A stretch of DNA of 64,000 bases from a virus: positions 6,355 to 70,354 of IMG/VR virus record IMGVR_UViG_3300043436_003813; one strand, given 5' to 3'. Both the position numbers and the translations under genes were made by a program. Positions 7,859 to 18,220 of the stretch are shown one piece after another; within the stretch, counting starts at the first letter, position 1, and every line of letters starts with the position of its first letter. The notes under the pieces were generated by a model. The model did no database searches, was not told where the DNA came from, and saw nothing but the letters and a program-made list of their open reading frames with translations.

Positions 7859-8659
7859 TTAGTAGGACCAGAGGGATGCGGGCGACCACTTGCCGTTACG
7901 GCCCGGGAAAAATCCACCCATAGGCTTGATTGATTGCCACGTATAGGCGGTGCAAAGAAAACGACGATAGCCCTCAATGGCCTCGTCCTCGGTCCAATAC
8001 TTGGCCACCACGGGTGAGGGCTCGTCTGAGTCTATGACTGCGCTGATAAGCCTGCATCGCTCCGGCATGGGGTTAGCTAGGCGATAGGCGGAATCATAGA
8101 AGGCAAGCTGCTCCACCCACTCAGGATAGAACGTCGGCTTTTTGCCCTTACAGGACTGGCCTTTCCAGTCTAGAATCGCGGGGTATCCGTCCTTATGCAG
8201 GCCAATGAGGTCCACGGTGCCGGCCACGCCAATGCGCCAGTCGGCCACCTTCTTCTCCTGATACCAAACCGCAGTGAAGTTATCCTTAAGGAAGTCCATG
8301 CAGTAGTTTAGCCACGGTGAAATCTCTAGCTTAACCGGGAACCCTTGTTCCACCGAAGCATGGAGGGCGGTGCCGAACTGTGCTGCTCGGTTGCGCTTCC
8401 CGTCTGACACCGCTTCAACGCGAGAAAAGTAGCTATCATCTGACTCACCCGGAGCTCGCGGAGTAATCTCCACGGCCCGGACGATGGCCTTCTTTATCCA
8501 CCCGTCGAGTGCAGGCTTGGCCCGCATTTTCCCCACGGATGTGGCAGAGGTATAGAGTTTCTCTTTCCGAGCGATGGTGAGGTTCGCTTCATGGCGAGCA
8601 ATAACCTGCCCGGAATCGAGCAACTGATACCAATGTCCTGACTGTTCAGCGAAGGCCAT
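7859..8659 (-). CDS. PD-(D/E)xK exonuclease (Cas4/RecB-like)
   Basis: FGTALH, EKKV, GVAGTVDLIG, ILDWKG, QLAFY motifs. Confidence 0.85.
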   Translation of the reverse strand: MAFAEQSGHWYQLLDSGQVIARHEANLTIARKEKLYTSATSVGKMRAKPALDGWIKKAIVRAVEITPRAPGESDDSYFSRVEAVSDGKRNRAAQFGTALHASVEQGFPVKLEISPWLNYCMDFLKDNFTAVWYQEKKVADWRIGVAGTVDLIGLHKDGYPAILDWKGQSCKGKKPTFYPEWVEQLAFYDSAYRLANPMPERCRLISAVIDSDEPSPVVAKYWTEDEAIEGYRRFLCTAYTWQSIKPMGGFFPGRNGKWSPASLWSY

Positions 8660-8671
8660 TGTCAGAAGGAC

Positions 8672-9310
8672 TTAGAATGGAACATCTTCGTCGCCGGCTT
8701 CGTTCTGGACGCCACCACCAGCCGACTGCGCGGGAGCAGGGGTGGGTTCGTTGAGCCGGGCCTGATACTCATGGCTCTTGGTGATAAGTTCCGCAATCCA
8801 ACCGGGGATATTGTCGGGCGGGACGATGGGACCCGGAGGCTGCTCGTCAAACGTCCACTGAACCAGTGCGTTCTCGGGGGTGCGCTTGGTCATGCCCTTG
8901 GGCAGGGGGTTGATCGTGGTGACGTTGGCGTAGGTCTTTCCGTCCTTCGTTTCGTGGGTGATATTTACGTAGGCGTTGGCACCAAGGACCTTCGTGATAT
9001 CGAAGCCCTTCAGCTCCTCGTCAGTGAAGGGACGACCACGCCAGCTTTGGAGGGCCGGACGCAGCTTGCTCTTGTCACCAAGAGACAGCGTGAACTTCGT
9101 GGACGTGCCACGAGGGAGGTCCTTGCCGTCGATGTTGATGCGCTCGTCGGGAAGCTCGAAGAGAAAGACCACCTTGCGGGATGGCTTGAACTGTGGATTG
9201 TTCGAGGGCTGGGTGCCCACGTCGATGATGCCGTAGCAGATGGCGTGATGGAGACCCGCTGGGATGGGGTCGAACTTGGCTCCTGATTGAGCTGATGCGG
9301 TGATGGCCAT
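8672..9310 (-). CDS. Phage single-stranded DNA-binding protein
   Basis: FDPIPAGLHHAICYGIIDVGTQ N-terminus, SLGDKSKLR..LQSWRG, acidic tail DEDVPF. Confidence 0.75.
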   Translation of the reverse strand: MAITASAQSGAKFDPIPAGLHHAICYGIIDVGTQPSNNPQFKPSRKVVFLFELPDERINIDGKDLPRGTSTKFTLSLGDKSKLRPALQSWRGRPFTDEELKGFDITKVLGANAYVNITHETKDGKTYANVTTINPLPKGMTKRTPENALVQWTFDEQPPGPIVPPDNIPGWIAELITKSHEYQARLNEPTPAPAQSAGGGVQNEAGDEDVPF

Positions 9311-9326
9311 GATGGGACTGATGGGT

Positions 9327-9728
9327 TTACTTGCGTTTGAACTCGGCGGGAACTCCGCCGCCCTCGGGCACCACTATGGCGTCCTTGGAAATTGATAGCT
9401 CCATGCGGGGCTCGCCGGAGCGCGGGTCTTTGCCTTGGCTCGTGGCCACGGGCGGAAACTTGTAGCGCCCACCTGGCGTGGACACAATCACCTCGCGTCC
9501 GGTGAACTGCTCCATGTTGAGGTCGGTGCGTCCCCATAGATTACACACCACCTCGTTCTTGCCGTCCGTGAGGACGAAGCCTTGGCGGTGCCACGGGTAG
9601 CCGGTCTTTACGGACGTGCCAGACTTGGGTGGGAATGCCACCTTCAGCTTGCCCGTGAGGCGGGCAATAGCCGTGCCAGCGGGCAGGTCTGCGATGTCGG
9701 AGATGGGCGTGGTTTCGGTGTCGGTCAT
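9327..9728 (-). CDS. OB-fold nucleic-acid-binding protein
   Basis: GKLKVAFPPKSGTS.KTG.PWHRQGFVLTDG...CNLWG pattern. Confidence 0.55.
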   Translation of the reverse strand: MTDTETTPISDIADLPAGTAIARLTGKLKVAFPPKSGTSVKTGYPWHRQGFVLTDGKNEVVCNLWGRTDLNMEQFTGREVIVSTPGGRYKFPPVATSQGKDPRSGEPRMELSISKDAIVVPEGGGVPAEFKRK

Positions 9729-9729
9729 A

Positions 9730-9909
9730 TCAGGAGACGAAAGTGGTGATGATCCATGCGAGGGCTACGAAACCAATCAGCATGGGGGCGGTCTTGACCG
9801 TGAGCTTTGCCCTAGGCGTGAACATGCAGAGCGTGAACACAAGACCAGCCCACCCGAAGTAGGCGACCGCGTAAATCCAAGCAAGGACGGTGATGAATGT
9901 AGTGAGCAC
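9730..9909 (-). CDS. 59-aa two-TM membrane protein (GTG start; not in the track)
   Basis: MLTTFITVLAWIYAVAYFGWAGLVFTLCMF...MLIGFVALAWIITTFVS*; fills the intergenic gap. Confidence 0.55.
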   Translation of the reverse strand: MLTTFITVLAWIYAVAYFGWAGLVFTLCMFTPRAKLTVKTAPMLIGFVALAWIITTFVS

Positions 9910-9933
9910 GATGTGTTTTGGTTGAGGGGAAAA

Positions 9934-10182
9934 TCAGTCCCAGCTAAGGGGAGAGGGCTTCTTGCCACGCGCCATAGCCAGCCATTGCTCCACGTCGCAC
10001 GCGGGGATGCCCCATTCGCATACCGTGCATACCGTGGCCCCTTCAGAGAGCCTGTCCATCAGCGCCTTGTTCTCGGGGTTGGCACGCCAAGCATTCCACA
10101 CGGACCACGATACGTAGTCATTTGGCTCCACGTAGATGCCGTGCTCGGCGCACAGCGGATAGTCGGGCTTGGTTCGCGGCAT
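9934..10182 (-). CDS. Small putative zinc-binding protein
   Basis: CAEH and CTVC motifs. Confidence 0.55.
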   Translation of the reverse strand: MPRTKPDYPLCAEHGIYVEPNDYVSWSVWNAWRANPENKALMDRLSEGATVCTVCEWGIPACDVEQWLAMARGKKPSPLSWD

Positions 10183-10191
10183 TGTCCCGTC

Positions 10192-10220
10192 AAGCTACGG
10201 GAAACGGACGGGGGAATCAA
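10192..10220 (-). promoter_or_regulatory. Promoter heading the recombination operon
   Basis: TTGATT-N17 (containing CGTTTC)-TAGCTT. Confidence 0.5.
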
Positions 10221-13200
10221 GGAGATTCTGGCTGGTTCTGAAGCACCTTCAGGAGCGCGGCCTCAAACACCTCATCGTTAATGACATCCTTGCCGTATTG
10301 TGACATCTTCCCGACGTATTCCATGATGGCCCCCATGTCCTCGGTGTAGAGCTTGGCAAACTGACGGGCGTAGTATTCGGCCTTTGCGTTGTTGTCTCGC
10401 AAGTTACCCACCATTCGGGCCTCAGAACTCGTGCCCATAGCAGCAGACTCAAGCCGGTTCTCTAGCCGCTTGGCTGCACGTTCGCTACCAGCAACCACGG
10501 ACATGGCCGCTTCGGCTCGGCGTGCTAATTCGGGGTCGTTGGACGGGGCAAGCATCTCGCTCAACACCATCTCCACGGCGGCATTCTCGTCGGCTGTGAT
10601 GTCGGCAGAGACGCGCTCGGACTCCTTGGCCTCATCCCGCTTTTCGCCAAGCTCAACGTAGTTTGGCCGACCAGCCACCGCCCCAAGAATCGGAATCTTA
10701 TCCTGAATACTACCCTCTCGGTAGTTCGGGGCATTGAGCAATCGAGCGCCACCGAAGAAGGACTCGGTAATGTAGCGTAGGGATTGCGGGCTACGCAGCG
10801 CATTGGGGGCTGATTCAGGAAGCGCCCCCGCCAACTGCCGATAAAACTCAGGGTCCTTGTTCGGATCAAACTGCTTCCCAGGGGACGCCTCTGGGTTGGC
10901 CGAGACCACTGGGCGGTTATCGTAAAGGCTGGTGTTGGTCATCAACTCCGGGATGAGGCGAACACCCGGCTGCATAGAGGAAATCAAGGACCGTCCGCGT
11001 TCCATCAATGTCTCGCCCTCAATGTTGATGGGGCTGTGCCGCCAGAGAAAGTCCTCGGCAACACTCGCCCACCCCGGGTTCTCGGAAGAAGCCTGCTTCA
11101 CCGTAGCCTCCGCCATGTCACGCGCCAGCATGGCGTGCGGGCCTTGAATGCGGACACGGAAATACTCGCGGATTGGACGGCCCTCCTCCTTGCTAAATGT
11201 CTTGTATGGCACCATCTGGATGCCAAGGTAGTCTGCTGTTTCTTGCGGCATAGCCGGCATAATCTTCCGTGATCCGTCCGGGAAGGTGTATTCCGACAGG
11301 GGGATGGCTATGCCATTTGTCTTCCATCGATCGCTCAGTTCCTCGTAGTCCTCTCGGTTTTCAGGCAGATAGTTCAGCGCCATCACACCGGCGGTGACTA
11401 GCCCGAACTGGCCAAGCACGGAGGCAGCGGACAGCGCAGACTTCACTCGTTGCTTATCGTATGGCTTGCCAGCCACCATGTTGGCGAAGTCAGCCAGTGG
11501 CATTGCTCTGCGCGCATCCGTTTCAATCGAGCGGATGGCCGCATTTGCGAAGGTGTAGAACATGCTTAGGCTATTCAAGTCCGCTGCCTTCTTTGCGAAG
11601 TTGGGGGAGCCGTAGTAGTTGGCTACGTCATAGGACGCCCGCGCGATGGCCGCACGAAGGTCATCCGGGTTTACATTCGGGTCGGTCATCGCCTTCTTGA
11701 GCGAGATGTATTTAGTGACTTGGGTAGGCCCGTTGTTCGTTACGACAGGAACCTTTTCTTGCATGAGCGCCTGCTGCCAACCGACTAGCTTGGTAGTCTG
11801 CTCAAGTGCGGAACTTCCGCGAACCGGAACGTCAATGAAGCTAGACAGCACGCGCGAGGGAGAGAACACCTCTCCAATAGCCCCAGAAAGCGGGGCTCGC
11901 CGCTCAAACGTCTTCGGGTTTACGTCCATGAAGAAGCTGCCTGGCATGGCGTTGTTCTTAATGGCGGAGTCAACCAGTCCATCCATCTGGTCCGCGAGGT
12001 TCAGACGGGTGGCGCTAAAAAGGGCGCGGGGATAATGCCACGCAAGGGCGAGCGCGGGGGCCAACTTAACTCCCACCGTTGGCTTAATCACCCGGTAGTT
12101 GCTCATGGTCTGCGCGCGTATCGGGTCAAGCATCGTGAACTGACCTGCGGCGAACGTGGGGCTGAGTGCCGCTTGGCCCAAGCGGGCCACGGCATTCGTC
12201 CAACGGAGGGGGGTCAGCACACCAGCGGACCTGTTGGCGCTTCCGTTTATGGTGAGTGCAACGTCATTCGGCACCTCAACGAACATCTTCTCTCCGTCGT
12301 CAAAGTAACTGACGACGCTATGACCGGGGCGCGGGGAGTGGTCGGACTTAACGCGGCGGAAATACACGCCATTTACATCGTCATCCACCAGCTTCCCAAA
12401 CGTATCCCGGAGGAACTTATTGGCCTCCATCCGCTGTGTTGAGTTGTAAATGCGTTGGCGCGCAGTTTCAAAGATGTCGGCCAACTTGAAGTCATCACGG
12501 TTGATGCCCTTGCGCGCCTTCACGACTGCCTCGGTCCCGCCAAAGCTACCATATCCAGCAGGTCCAACCGTAGGCTCCTCGCGCAGGACATTGAATGGAG
12601 CATAGAAGTCGTTCTTAGCCTTGATGTCGGCCACTTGCTGTGCCGACAACATACCAGCGTCCTGCATCTGGCGCAGATTCCAGTCCATGACACCACTGAA
12701 GTTCTGGACGGAATCCTCGATGTTCTTTGCGGAATCAGGGCCAAGGTCGCGGAGTATCTTCGCCCGCATTTCCTGAACCGCTAGCGGGGCCTCTTGCTCC
12801 GTAATGCTGCCAGTTCGGAACAGATCGTATTCCTCCTTGATGTCGTTCTCTGCCTGCTTGAGCTTCTTTTGCGCGGCCCCTAGCTTCTTGGACAGCGCGA
12901 GCGTGTCGTCCCGCTTTTGCGCTGCCGCATCGTAATCCAACTTAGCTTGCTGAGCTTGAGGAAGTTTCGCCGGGTCTTTCGCTGCGGCGGTCTTTGCTTT
13001 AGCAAGCGCCAGCTTTGCGTTCTCGGCGTCACGAATAACCTTCTTTAGGGACTTGTTCGCTTGGTCGGCGGCAATGAACTCGGCTTGCGCGGCTTGCAGG
13101 GAGGCATCCAGCTCCGCCTGATTGGCCACACGATTCTTGGCGTAGTCTTCAATACGGAGGGCGCGCAAAAGCATTTCCGAATAGGCGTGCTCCTTGCTTG

Positions 13201-16200
13201 ATAGAGCATCGCGGACATTGGTTAGATTGGCCGTGGCTCGCGCGGCCTTCATGTGGCTGGCCTTGGCGCGGTCAAATTCAGCCGCCACATCGGCCACGCT
13301 GCCCTCCTCAATCGCTAACCCCTGCCCCTTTAGAATGTCACGCTGGATAGAGCGGAACACATCGGACGCCGCAATGTTCTTTCCCCGGAACGCGCGGATG
13401 CCATCCGTCAGCTTCTTCCACGGACCAACCGAACTAGCGACGTTGCCCTCGGTGGCGGCTAGCTTCTTGATGAGTGGACCATCCGCTGGCTTAACCGGCA
13501 TGGATAGACGGGAGCGGGCAATAGATGAGGCGGCGGACCCAGCAATCGTGCCGCCAACCACACCTCCAAGCGTGGCCATAATGCGGCGGGCCTCGAACTC
13601 CTCCTCAGTTTCACCCTCCTGTTTTTCAACACTAAAGTATCCCGTAGCACCGCCGGCAACGGAGCCGCCCACCATAGGGATGGCTGCCGTGTTGATGAAG
13701 CCCGCCTCTGCTGCACCCGGCTTGCCCATCAAGCGTATCCGCTCTGCATCCTCGGCGGCGGAGATGGTGCCACGGGCAAACTTGTTGTCCAAGAAGCGGA
13801 GGCGGTCCCTGTCTTTAATGGAAAGGGCGGGTTTAATGGCCGGTGAAGATGGCGTTTCCGTTGAGATTGCGGGCGTTTCTCCAGCCGGGGCTATGTCGGG
13901 TAGGGGCTGTGCCGGGATGGGCTCAGGAAGCGGGCTAGACGGCACGCGGCGGGTCATGCCACGGGCGCGGGCAAGCTCGGCTATCTTGGCGCGGCGGTCT
14001 GCCGTGATGGGCTGGCGGGCTGGTGCGGCGGGCTGCTCCTTGAAAAACAGAGGGCGATACTTCGCCATTAGTTCTTCCCTGCGTGCCTTCTGCTTTGCCG
14101 TCAACTTATACGGGGCATAGCCAGTCTCGGGACCCTGACGCGCTGCCGACTTGTAAATCAAGTCCTCAAGTTCGTCCACCTCCTTGTTTTGGGCAGCAGT
14201 CAACAGATTCCTGCCCTCCTCTATACTGCCTACACCAACGATCTCAGGGATGGGCTGGCGGGCTACTTGCGCTTGCGGGGCTTCTTGGACGGCCTCTTGT
14301 AGCCGGACTTGCTGCGGCTCAGGGAGAGTTTGGACGCTTGTTGGGGTTGGCTCTGGTATGGCATTGGAAAGAGGGGGGAGTTCAGGGGTAGCAGCGGGGG
14401 TGATGCCCACGGCTTCGGGGGTGAGTTCGTCTAGCGAAGTGAGGCGGGTGGGCTGTGGACGGGCGGGCGTCTTTGGCTCAAGGTTCTTCACCGGAGCGAA
14501 GCGGGCCAACGCGCCCTCGTAGATAAGCTGGTATTCCTGCGGGTTGGTAGTGCCGGCTAGTGCGCGGGCAACCTGACGAGCCTCTTTAACCGGCACACCC
14601 TTCTCGCGTAGCGCCTCAAACGAATCCGTCTGACGCTTATTGAACGCCTCGGTCTCGGCTTGGGGCGTAGCTCGGCGTTCTTGTGTGGTCGGGCGAACCT
14701 CTGCCACGGGGGGCGGTGTGCTCTCTTCGATGCGCGTGGTGAGATTTTGGATAGCCCCGTCCACGTCATCACCGAACTCTCTGCGAACGGCCAAGACCCG
14801 ACGCCGGGCACGCTCCGTGATGTCGGAATTTACCTCCACGCCAATACGGTCGGCCGCACGCTTTGCCTCAGCCAGCGAAACATCATCCACCAACTGCTGA
14901 AGGATACGCTCCTTGGCGGCGGGGCTACGGTTCTCGGCTGCGGTGACAGCACGCGAGGCAATCAGGTTATCAACCGGCGACGGCTCAGCGGCGGGCGGCA
15001 CAATCTCACGCAGGCCAGCATCAGCTTGCCCCGTGGAAAGCTGGGTGAGCGTAGCCTGCGCATTCGCCCCCTTAGATTCCTTGATGGCGTTGGCCGCTTG
15101 GGCTGCTTGATTAGCGGCTTTCCCCTTGGGGGCGGCGGGCTTCGGTGCTTGCCTTGCTACCCCTAGCCCACCACGCAAGCCCCCGCCAAGGACGCCTGCT
15201 CCAGCTACGGTCAGGGCATCGGCGGGCGTAAGTGACACGTCCTCACCACGGGAAAGTTCGTCTAGCTTCTGTGCGCCAACCATGCCCACACCCTGTAGCC
15301 CACCCTCAATCGTTCCAGCGAGCGCCTCTTGCCCCACGCGCCGAAGAAGACCTGACGCCGGGCGAGCCGCCCCAAATGTAATCAAGTTAAGGGGGCCGGA
15401 TGCAGCTAGTTCAACTGGAGAGAACCGTTCATTTATTGCCTGCTCCGTAACGCCAGCCGCGTAACCACCAGTAAGTAGCGCGGGTGTGCCAGTAAGGCCA
15501 AGCGCAGGCGGGGCGGCAACGGCGGCACCAAGAGATGCCAAAACGCTAGGAGCAGCCATTGCAACCTGCCCCGGAATTGTCTGCGCCCTATCAGTTGAAC
15601 GAAGACCAGCGACACCGGCCCCAGTTGACTCCGTTTGGATAAGGGCCTGTTCCGCAATTTGGGCCATGCGTGCGCGAACCCCGGCCAACTCACTAGTGTT
15701 TCGCTCCACGTCCGCCCTTGATTGCAGCGCGGCTGGGAGGGCGAGGCTCTGTGACAAAATCCGCTCGCTCTGCTGTAGCTGCGCGTATTCCCGGGCTGCT
15801 CCACCCAAAATCTCCGGGAGTCTGTTGGCCGCGATGCTTTCAAACTGAGCCCCCGCAAGCTCCATCAGTCCCGGGGACGAGTCTCGCCGCTCAATAAACG
15901 ATTCTCCGGCCAATTGCGCAACTCGTCCTGCTGCATCAGGCGCAAGTCCGGCTGACATTGCTTTCCGTGCAGCGGACTGCTGCACTTGCCCGACGACATC
16001 ACCCCTTTGGCGTGCGAGATCAAGACGCGCTGCGCGATTCTGTTCATCGGCAATGGCCGACAAACTCTCCGCTGCCTGAAGTCCGGCGGCTCGGCTTGCT
16101 GCATCGTTGACCTGCCCCGCATTACGCCTTGCGCGAGCGAGCAACCCCTCGTCGGCAATAACAGGCAGCCCCCCCGTAGGCGACGGGGCAAACTTCGGCC

Positions 16201-16318
16201 CCATCAATGCATCGATCTCTGCCTTGCTTGGCGGGCGCTCCCCCTCGAACTCAACTACGGAACCATCGGGAAGCTCAAACTCGTAAATGTTGGCCATGCC
16301 CGTATACTCACTGTCCAT
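10217..16318 (-). CDS. Giant internal virion / DNA-ejection protein with an LPD38-like C-terminal region
   Basis: 2033 aa, Ala/Gly-rich, last gene of the virion operon; YEFELPDGSVVEFEG N-terminus; NTSLYDNRPVV...SPQSLRYITESFFGG. Confidence 0.7.
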   Translation of the reverse strand: MDSEYTGMANIYEFELPDGSVVEFEGERPPSKAEIDALMGPKFAPSPTGGLPVIADEGLLARARRNAGQVNDAASRAAGLQAAESLSAIADEQNRAARLDLARQRGDVVGQVQQSAARKAMSAGLAPDAAGRVAQLAGESFIERRDSSPGLMELAGAQFESIAANRLPEILGGAAREYAQLQQSERILSQSLALPAALQSRADVERNTSELAGVRARMAQIAEQALIQTESTGAGVAGLRSTDRAQTIPGQVAMAAPSVLASLGAAVAAPPALGLTGTPALLTGGYAAGVTEQAINERFSPVELAASGPLNLITFGAARPASGLLRRVGQEALAGTIEGGLQGVGMVGAQKLDELSRGEDVSLTPADALTVAGAGVLGGGLRGGLGVARQAPKPAAPKGKAANQAAQAANAIKESKGANAQATLTQLSTGQADAGLREIVPPAAEPSPVDNLIASRAVTAAENRSPAAKERILQQLVDDVSLAEAKRAADRIGVEVNSDITERARRRVLAVRREFGDDVDGAIQNLTTRIEESTPPPVAEVRPTTQERRATPQAETEAFNKRQTDSFEALREKGVPVKEARQVARALAGTTNPQEYQLIYEGALARFAPVKNLEPKTPARPQPTRLTSLDELTPEAVGITPAATPELPPLSNAIPEPTPTSVQTLPEPQQVRLQEAVQEAPQAQVARQPIPEIVGVGSIEEGRNLLTAAQNKEVDELEDLIYKSAARQGPETGYAPYKLTAKQKARREELMAKYRPLFFKEQPAAPARQPITADRRAKIAELARARGMTRRVPSSPLPEPIPAQPLPDIAPAGETPAISTETPSSPAIKPALSIKDRDRLRFLDNKFARGTISAAEDAERIRLMGKPGAAEAGFINTAAIPMVGGSVAGGATGYFSVEKQEGETEEEFEARRIMATLGGVVGGTIAGSAASSIARSRLSMPVKPADGPLIKKLAATEGNVASSVGPWKKLTDGIRAFRGKNIAASDVFRSIQRDILKGQGLAIEEGSVADVAAEFDRAKASHMKAARATANLTNVRDALSSKEHAYSEMLLRALRIEDYAKNRVANQAELDASLQAAQAEFIAADQANKSLKKVIRDAENAKLALAKAKTAAAKDPAKLPQAQQAKLDYDAAAQKRDDTLALSKKLGAAQKKLKQAENDIKEEYDLFRTGSITEQEAPLAVQEMRAKILRDLGPDSAKNIEDSVQNFSGVMDWNLRQMQDAGMLSAQQVADIKAKNDFYAPFNVLREEPTVGPAGYGSFGGTEAVVKARKGINRDDFKLADIFETARQRIYNSTQRMEANKFLRDTFGKLVDDDVNGVYFRRVKSDHSPRPGHSVVSYFDDGEKMFVEVPNDVALTINGSANRSAGVLTPLRWTNAVARLGQAALSPTFAAGQFTMLDPIRAQTMSNYRVIKPTVGVKLAPALALAWHYPRALFSATRLNLADQMDGLVDSAIKNNAMPGSFFMDVNPKTFERRAPLSGAIGEVFSPSRVLSSFIDVPVRGSSALEQTTKLVGWQQALMQEKVPVVTNNGPTQVTKYISLKKAMTDPNVNPDDLRAAIARASYDVANYYGSPNFAKKAADLNSLSMFYTFANAAIRSIETDARRAMPLADFANMVAGKPYDKQRVKSALSAASVLGQFGLVTAGVMALNYLPENREDYEELSDRWKTNGIAIPLSEYTFPDGSRKIMPAMPQETADYLGIQMVPYKTFSKEEGRPIREYFRVRIQGPHAMLARDMAEATVKQASSENPGWASVAEDFLWRHSPINIEGETLMERGRSLISSMQPGVRLIPELMTNTSLYDNRPVVSANPEASPGKQFDPNKDPEFYRQLAGALPESAPNALRSPQSLRYITESFFGGARLLNAPNYREGSIQDKIPILGAVAGRPNYVELGEKRDEAKESERVSADITADENAAVEMVLSEMLAPSNDPELARRAEAAMSVVAGSERAAKRLENRLESAAMGTSSEARMVGNLRDNNAKAEYYARQFAKLYTEDMGAIMEYVGKMSQYGKDVINDEVFEAALLKVLQNQPESP

Positions 16319-17249
16319 CAGAAGGTTTCAACCCCCAAGTTCCGGTGGCAGAATCATAGCCATAGCGGATGCGATTAGGGGCGGGCGAGGAAACTGGGCC
16401 TGGCTGCGTGCCAGCGCCAACGAATGGGCTAGTTGCGGCAACTGGCTCGGGGGACCACTCCGCGAACGCAACGGGTTTTCTTCCGGCTGCGCGCTCGGCA
16501 GCAGCATACTTGGCATAAGCCGAAGCCCGCTCAATTAGACCACCGGCATTCTTCTCGGGCTTGCTTGCCCCACGGAACGGCGTCCAAGCGTTGCTATACG
16601 GATCAAACACCTCCATGTCGCCGGATGAAGTGATTCGCGATGCAGCCATGAAGGGCTTACCGTCTGGACCAGTAACCTCGATTGGACTGCCGGGCTTTGT
16701 CTCTGGCTTCGGCAGCATGGACGTGGGCGGGAGAACACCCTCCACCGATCCGATCACCTTGCCGGCAGACAGGGGGTCTCGACTGAAAATGACGCGCTCC
16801 CACGTTCCATCTGGACGCTGGCGATAGTCTTCTCCGGGAGCAAAGCCACGCGCCTCCGCGTCCATTCGTTGCTTGCGTTGCGCTGCCGTCTCAAGCACGC
16901 GGGAGCGGCGGCTGAATCTAGAGGGGGTTCCATTCACGCCGATGGACTCAATAACCTCTGTGCCAAACACGCCCTCTGGGGTCTCTTCAATGCCAATGTC
17001 TGCCACGCGCTCAACGGGCATAGACGCCTCTAGCATCTGACGCTCCGCGAGAATGTCGCGCAGGGGGCGGCGGGCTTGATCCTCGGCAATGATGTCACGC
17101 AAGCGGCGGGCTTGCTGCGCTTGCTCCACGAGGCCGAGCCCTTGCGAGAAGCCACGACCAATGCCAGAGGCATCAATGGCCGTATTCGATGGGGTGAATT
17201 GCGGCATCACGCTCACTTGCGCGCCGCCTACATTTAGTCCGGGAAGCAT
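16308..17249 (-). CDS. Internal virion protein
   Basis: 313 aa; lies between ejection proteins. Confidence 0.55.
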   Translation of the reverse strand: MLPGLNVGGAQVSVMPQFTPSNTAIDASGIGRGFSQGLGLVEQAQQARRLRDIIAEDQARRPLRDILAERQMLEASMPVERVADIGIEETPEGVFGTEVIESIGVNGTPSRFSRRSRVLETAAQRKQRMDAEARGFAPGEDYRQRPDGTWERVIFSRDPLSAGKVIGSVEGVLPPTSMLPKPETKPGSPIEVTGPDGKPFMAASRITSSGDMEVFDPYSNAWTPFRGASKPEKNAGGLIERASAYAKYAAAERAAGRKPVAFAEWSPEPVAATSPFVGAGTQPGPVSSPAPNRIRYGYDSATGTWGLKPSDGQ

Positions 17250-17254
17250 AGTGG

Positions 17255-18220
17255 TTAAAGTCCGAATGATACGGTTGATCCACCAAACCCACTCCCGCCA
17301 AACGCCCCGTTAAACTGAGACGACGCGGGTGCGGATGGAGCCGGAGCAGGCATGGGGCTTGGAGATGGCTGCGCTTGTGGCCTTGACATATAAGCACCAA
17401 GGGCGGCACCGCCAAGTTGCCCACCGAGCGTAAGTAGGCTGTTACCAAAGGCAGCTTGGTTGCTGGCCTTGTTCGCTGCCGCAGCTTGCGCGGCGTTCTG
17501 GTTGCCGACCATAAGATTCACCACGCTATCCGGCGTAAGCCCGGACTCGGGGCGTGCGATGCTCTGCCCGAACTGAGCAATAGCCAGACGGCGGCTAAGC
17601 TCAGCCTGCCCGAGGTCATTCACCGAGCCAGCCAAACCCTGCTGTGCCTGAAGTTGGGCCAAGAGGTTCTGGTCATACGCCTGCCCAAACTGCTGCGCTT
17701 GGTTCAACCGCTGCTGCTGCACTGCCATCGACGCCAGCCCAAGGTCACGCGCGCTGACATCCCGACCGAGGCCAAGGTTGCCCGTCGTGCCAGCCGTGCG
17801 AGAAAGGGCAGCACGGGTGACGGCGTTTTGCGTCTCGCGGTCAAGCTGTCCACCAAGAGCCAACTCGGCCTGCGCGCGGTCATACGCGGCTTGCGATAGG
17901 GCAGACGGAGCGAAGCCTTGGCGGTAGCGGTCCATCAACGACGCCTGCAACTCTGCCGTATTCGTCGGGCGTCCAGCCTCGTCCAATAGTGCTTGCGTGC
18001 TTTGCTGGCGAAGCCGGAAGGTCTCTGGACTATACTGCTGCTCCAGACGAATGGCGTCTTGGATGTTCTTCTCTGCGTAGCGGCGCGCGGCAGCGTCCGC
18101 CCCGGAAATACTCACCGTGCTCGCCTTGCCGCCCTTGCCTGCCTTGGACGCAGAGTAGATGCCCGCTCCGGCTGAAGCCACCGCCGCTCCCGCCATGATT
18201 GTTCCAGTTGCAACGGCCAT
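17255..18220 (-). CDS. Internal virion / DNA pilot protein
   Basis: MAVATGTIMAGAAVASAGAGIYSASKAG glycine-zipper N-terminus; Q/A-rich helical body. Confidence 0.7.
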   Translation of the reverse strand: MAVATGTIMAGAAVASAGAGIYSASKAGKGGKASTVSISGADAAARRYAEKNIQDAIRLEQQYSPETFRLRQQSTQALLDEAGRPTNTAELQASLMDRYRQGFAPSALSQAAYDRAQAELALGGQLDRETQNAVTRAALSRTAGTTGNLGLGRDVSARDLGLASMAVQQQRLNQAQQFGQAYDQNLLAQLQAQQGLAGSVNDLGQAELSRRLAIAQFGQSIARPESGLTPDSVVNLMVGNQNAAQAAAANKASNQAAFGNSLLTLGGQLGGAALGAYMSRPQAQPSPSPMPAPAPSAPASSQFNGAFGGSGFGGSTVSFGL

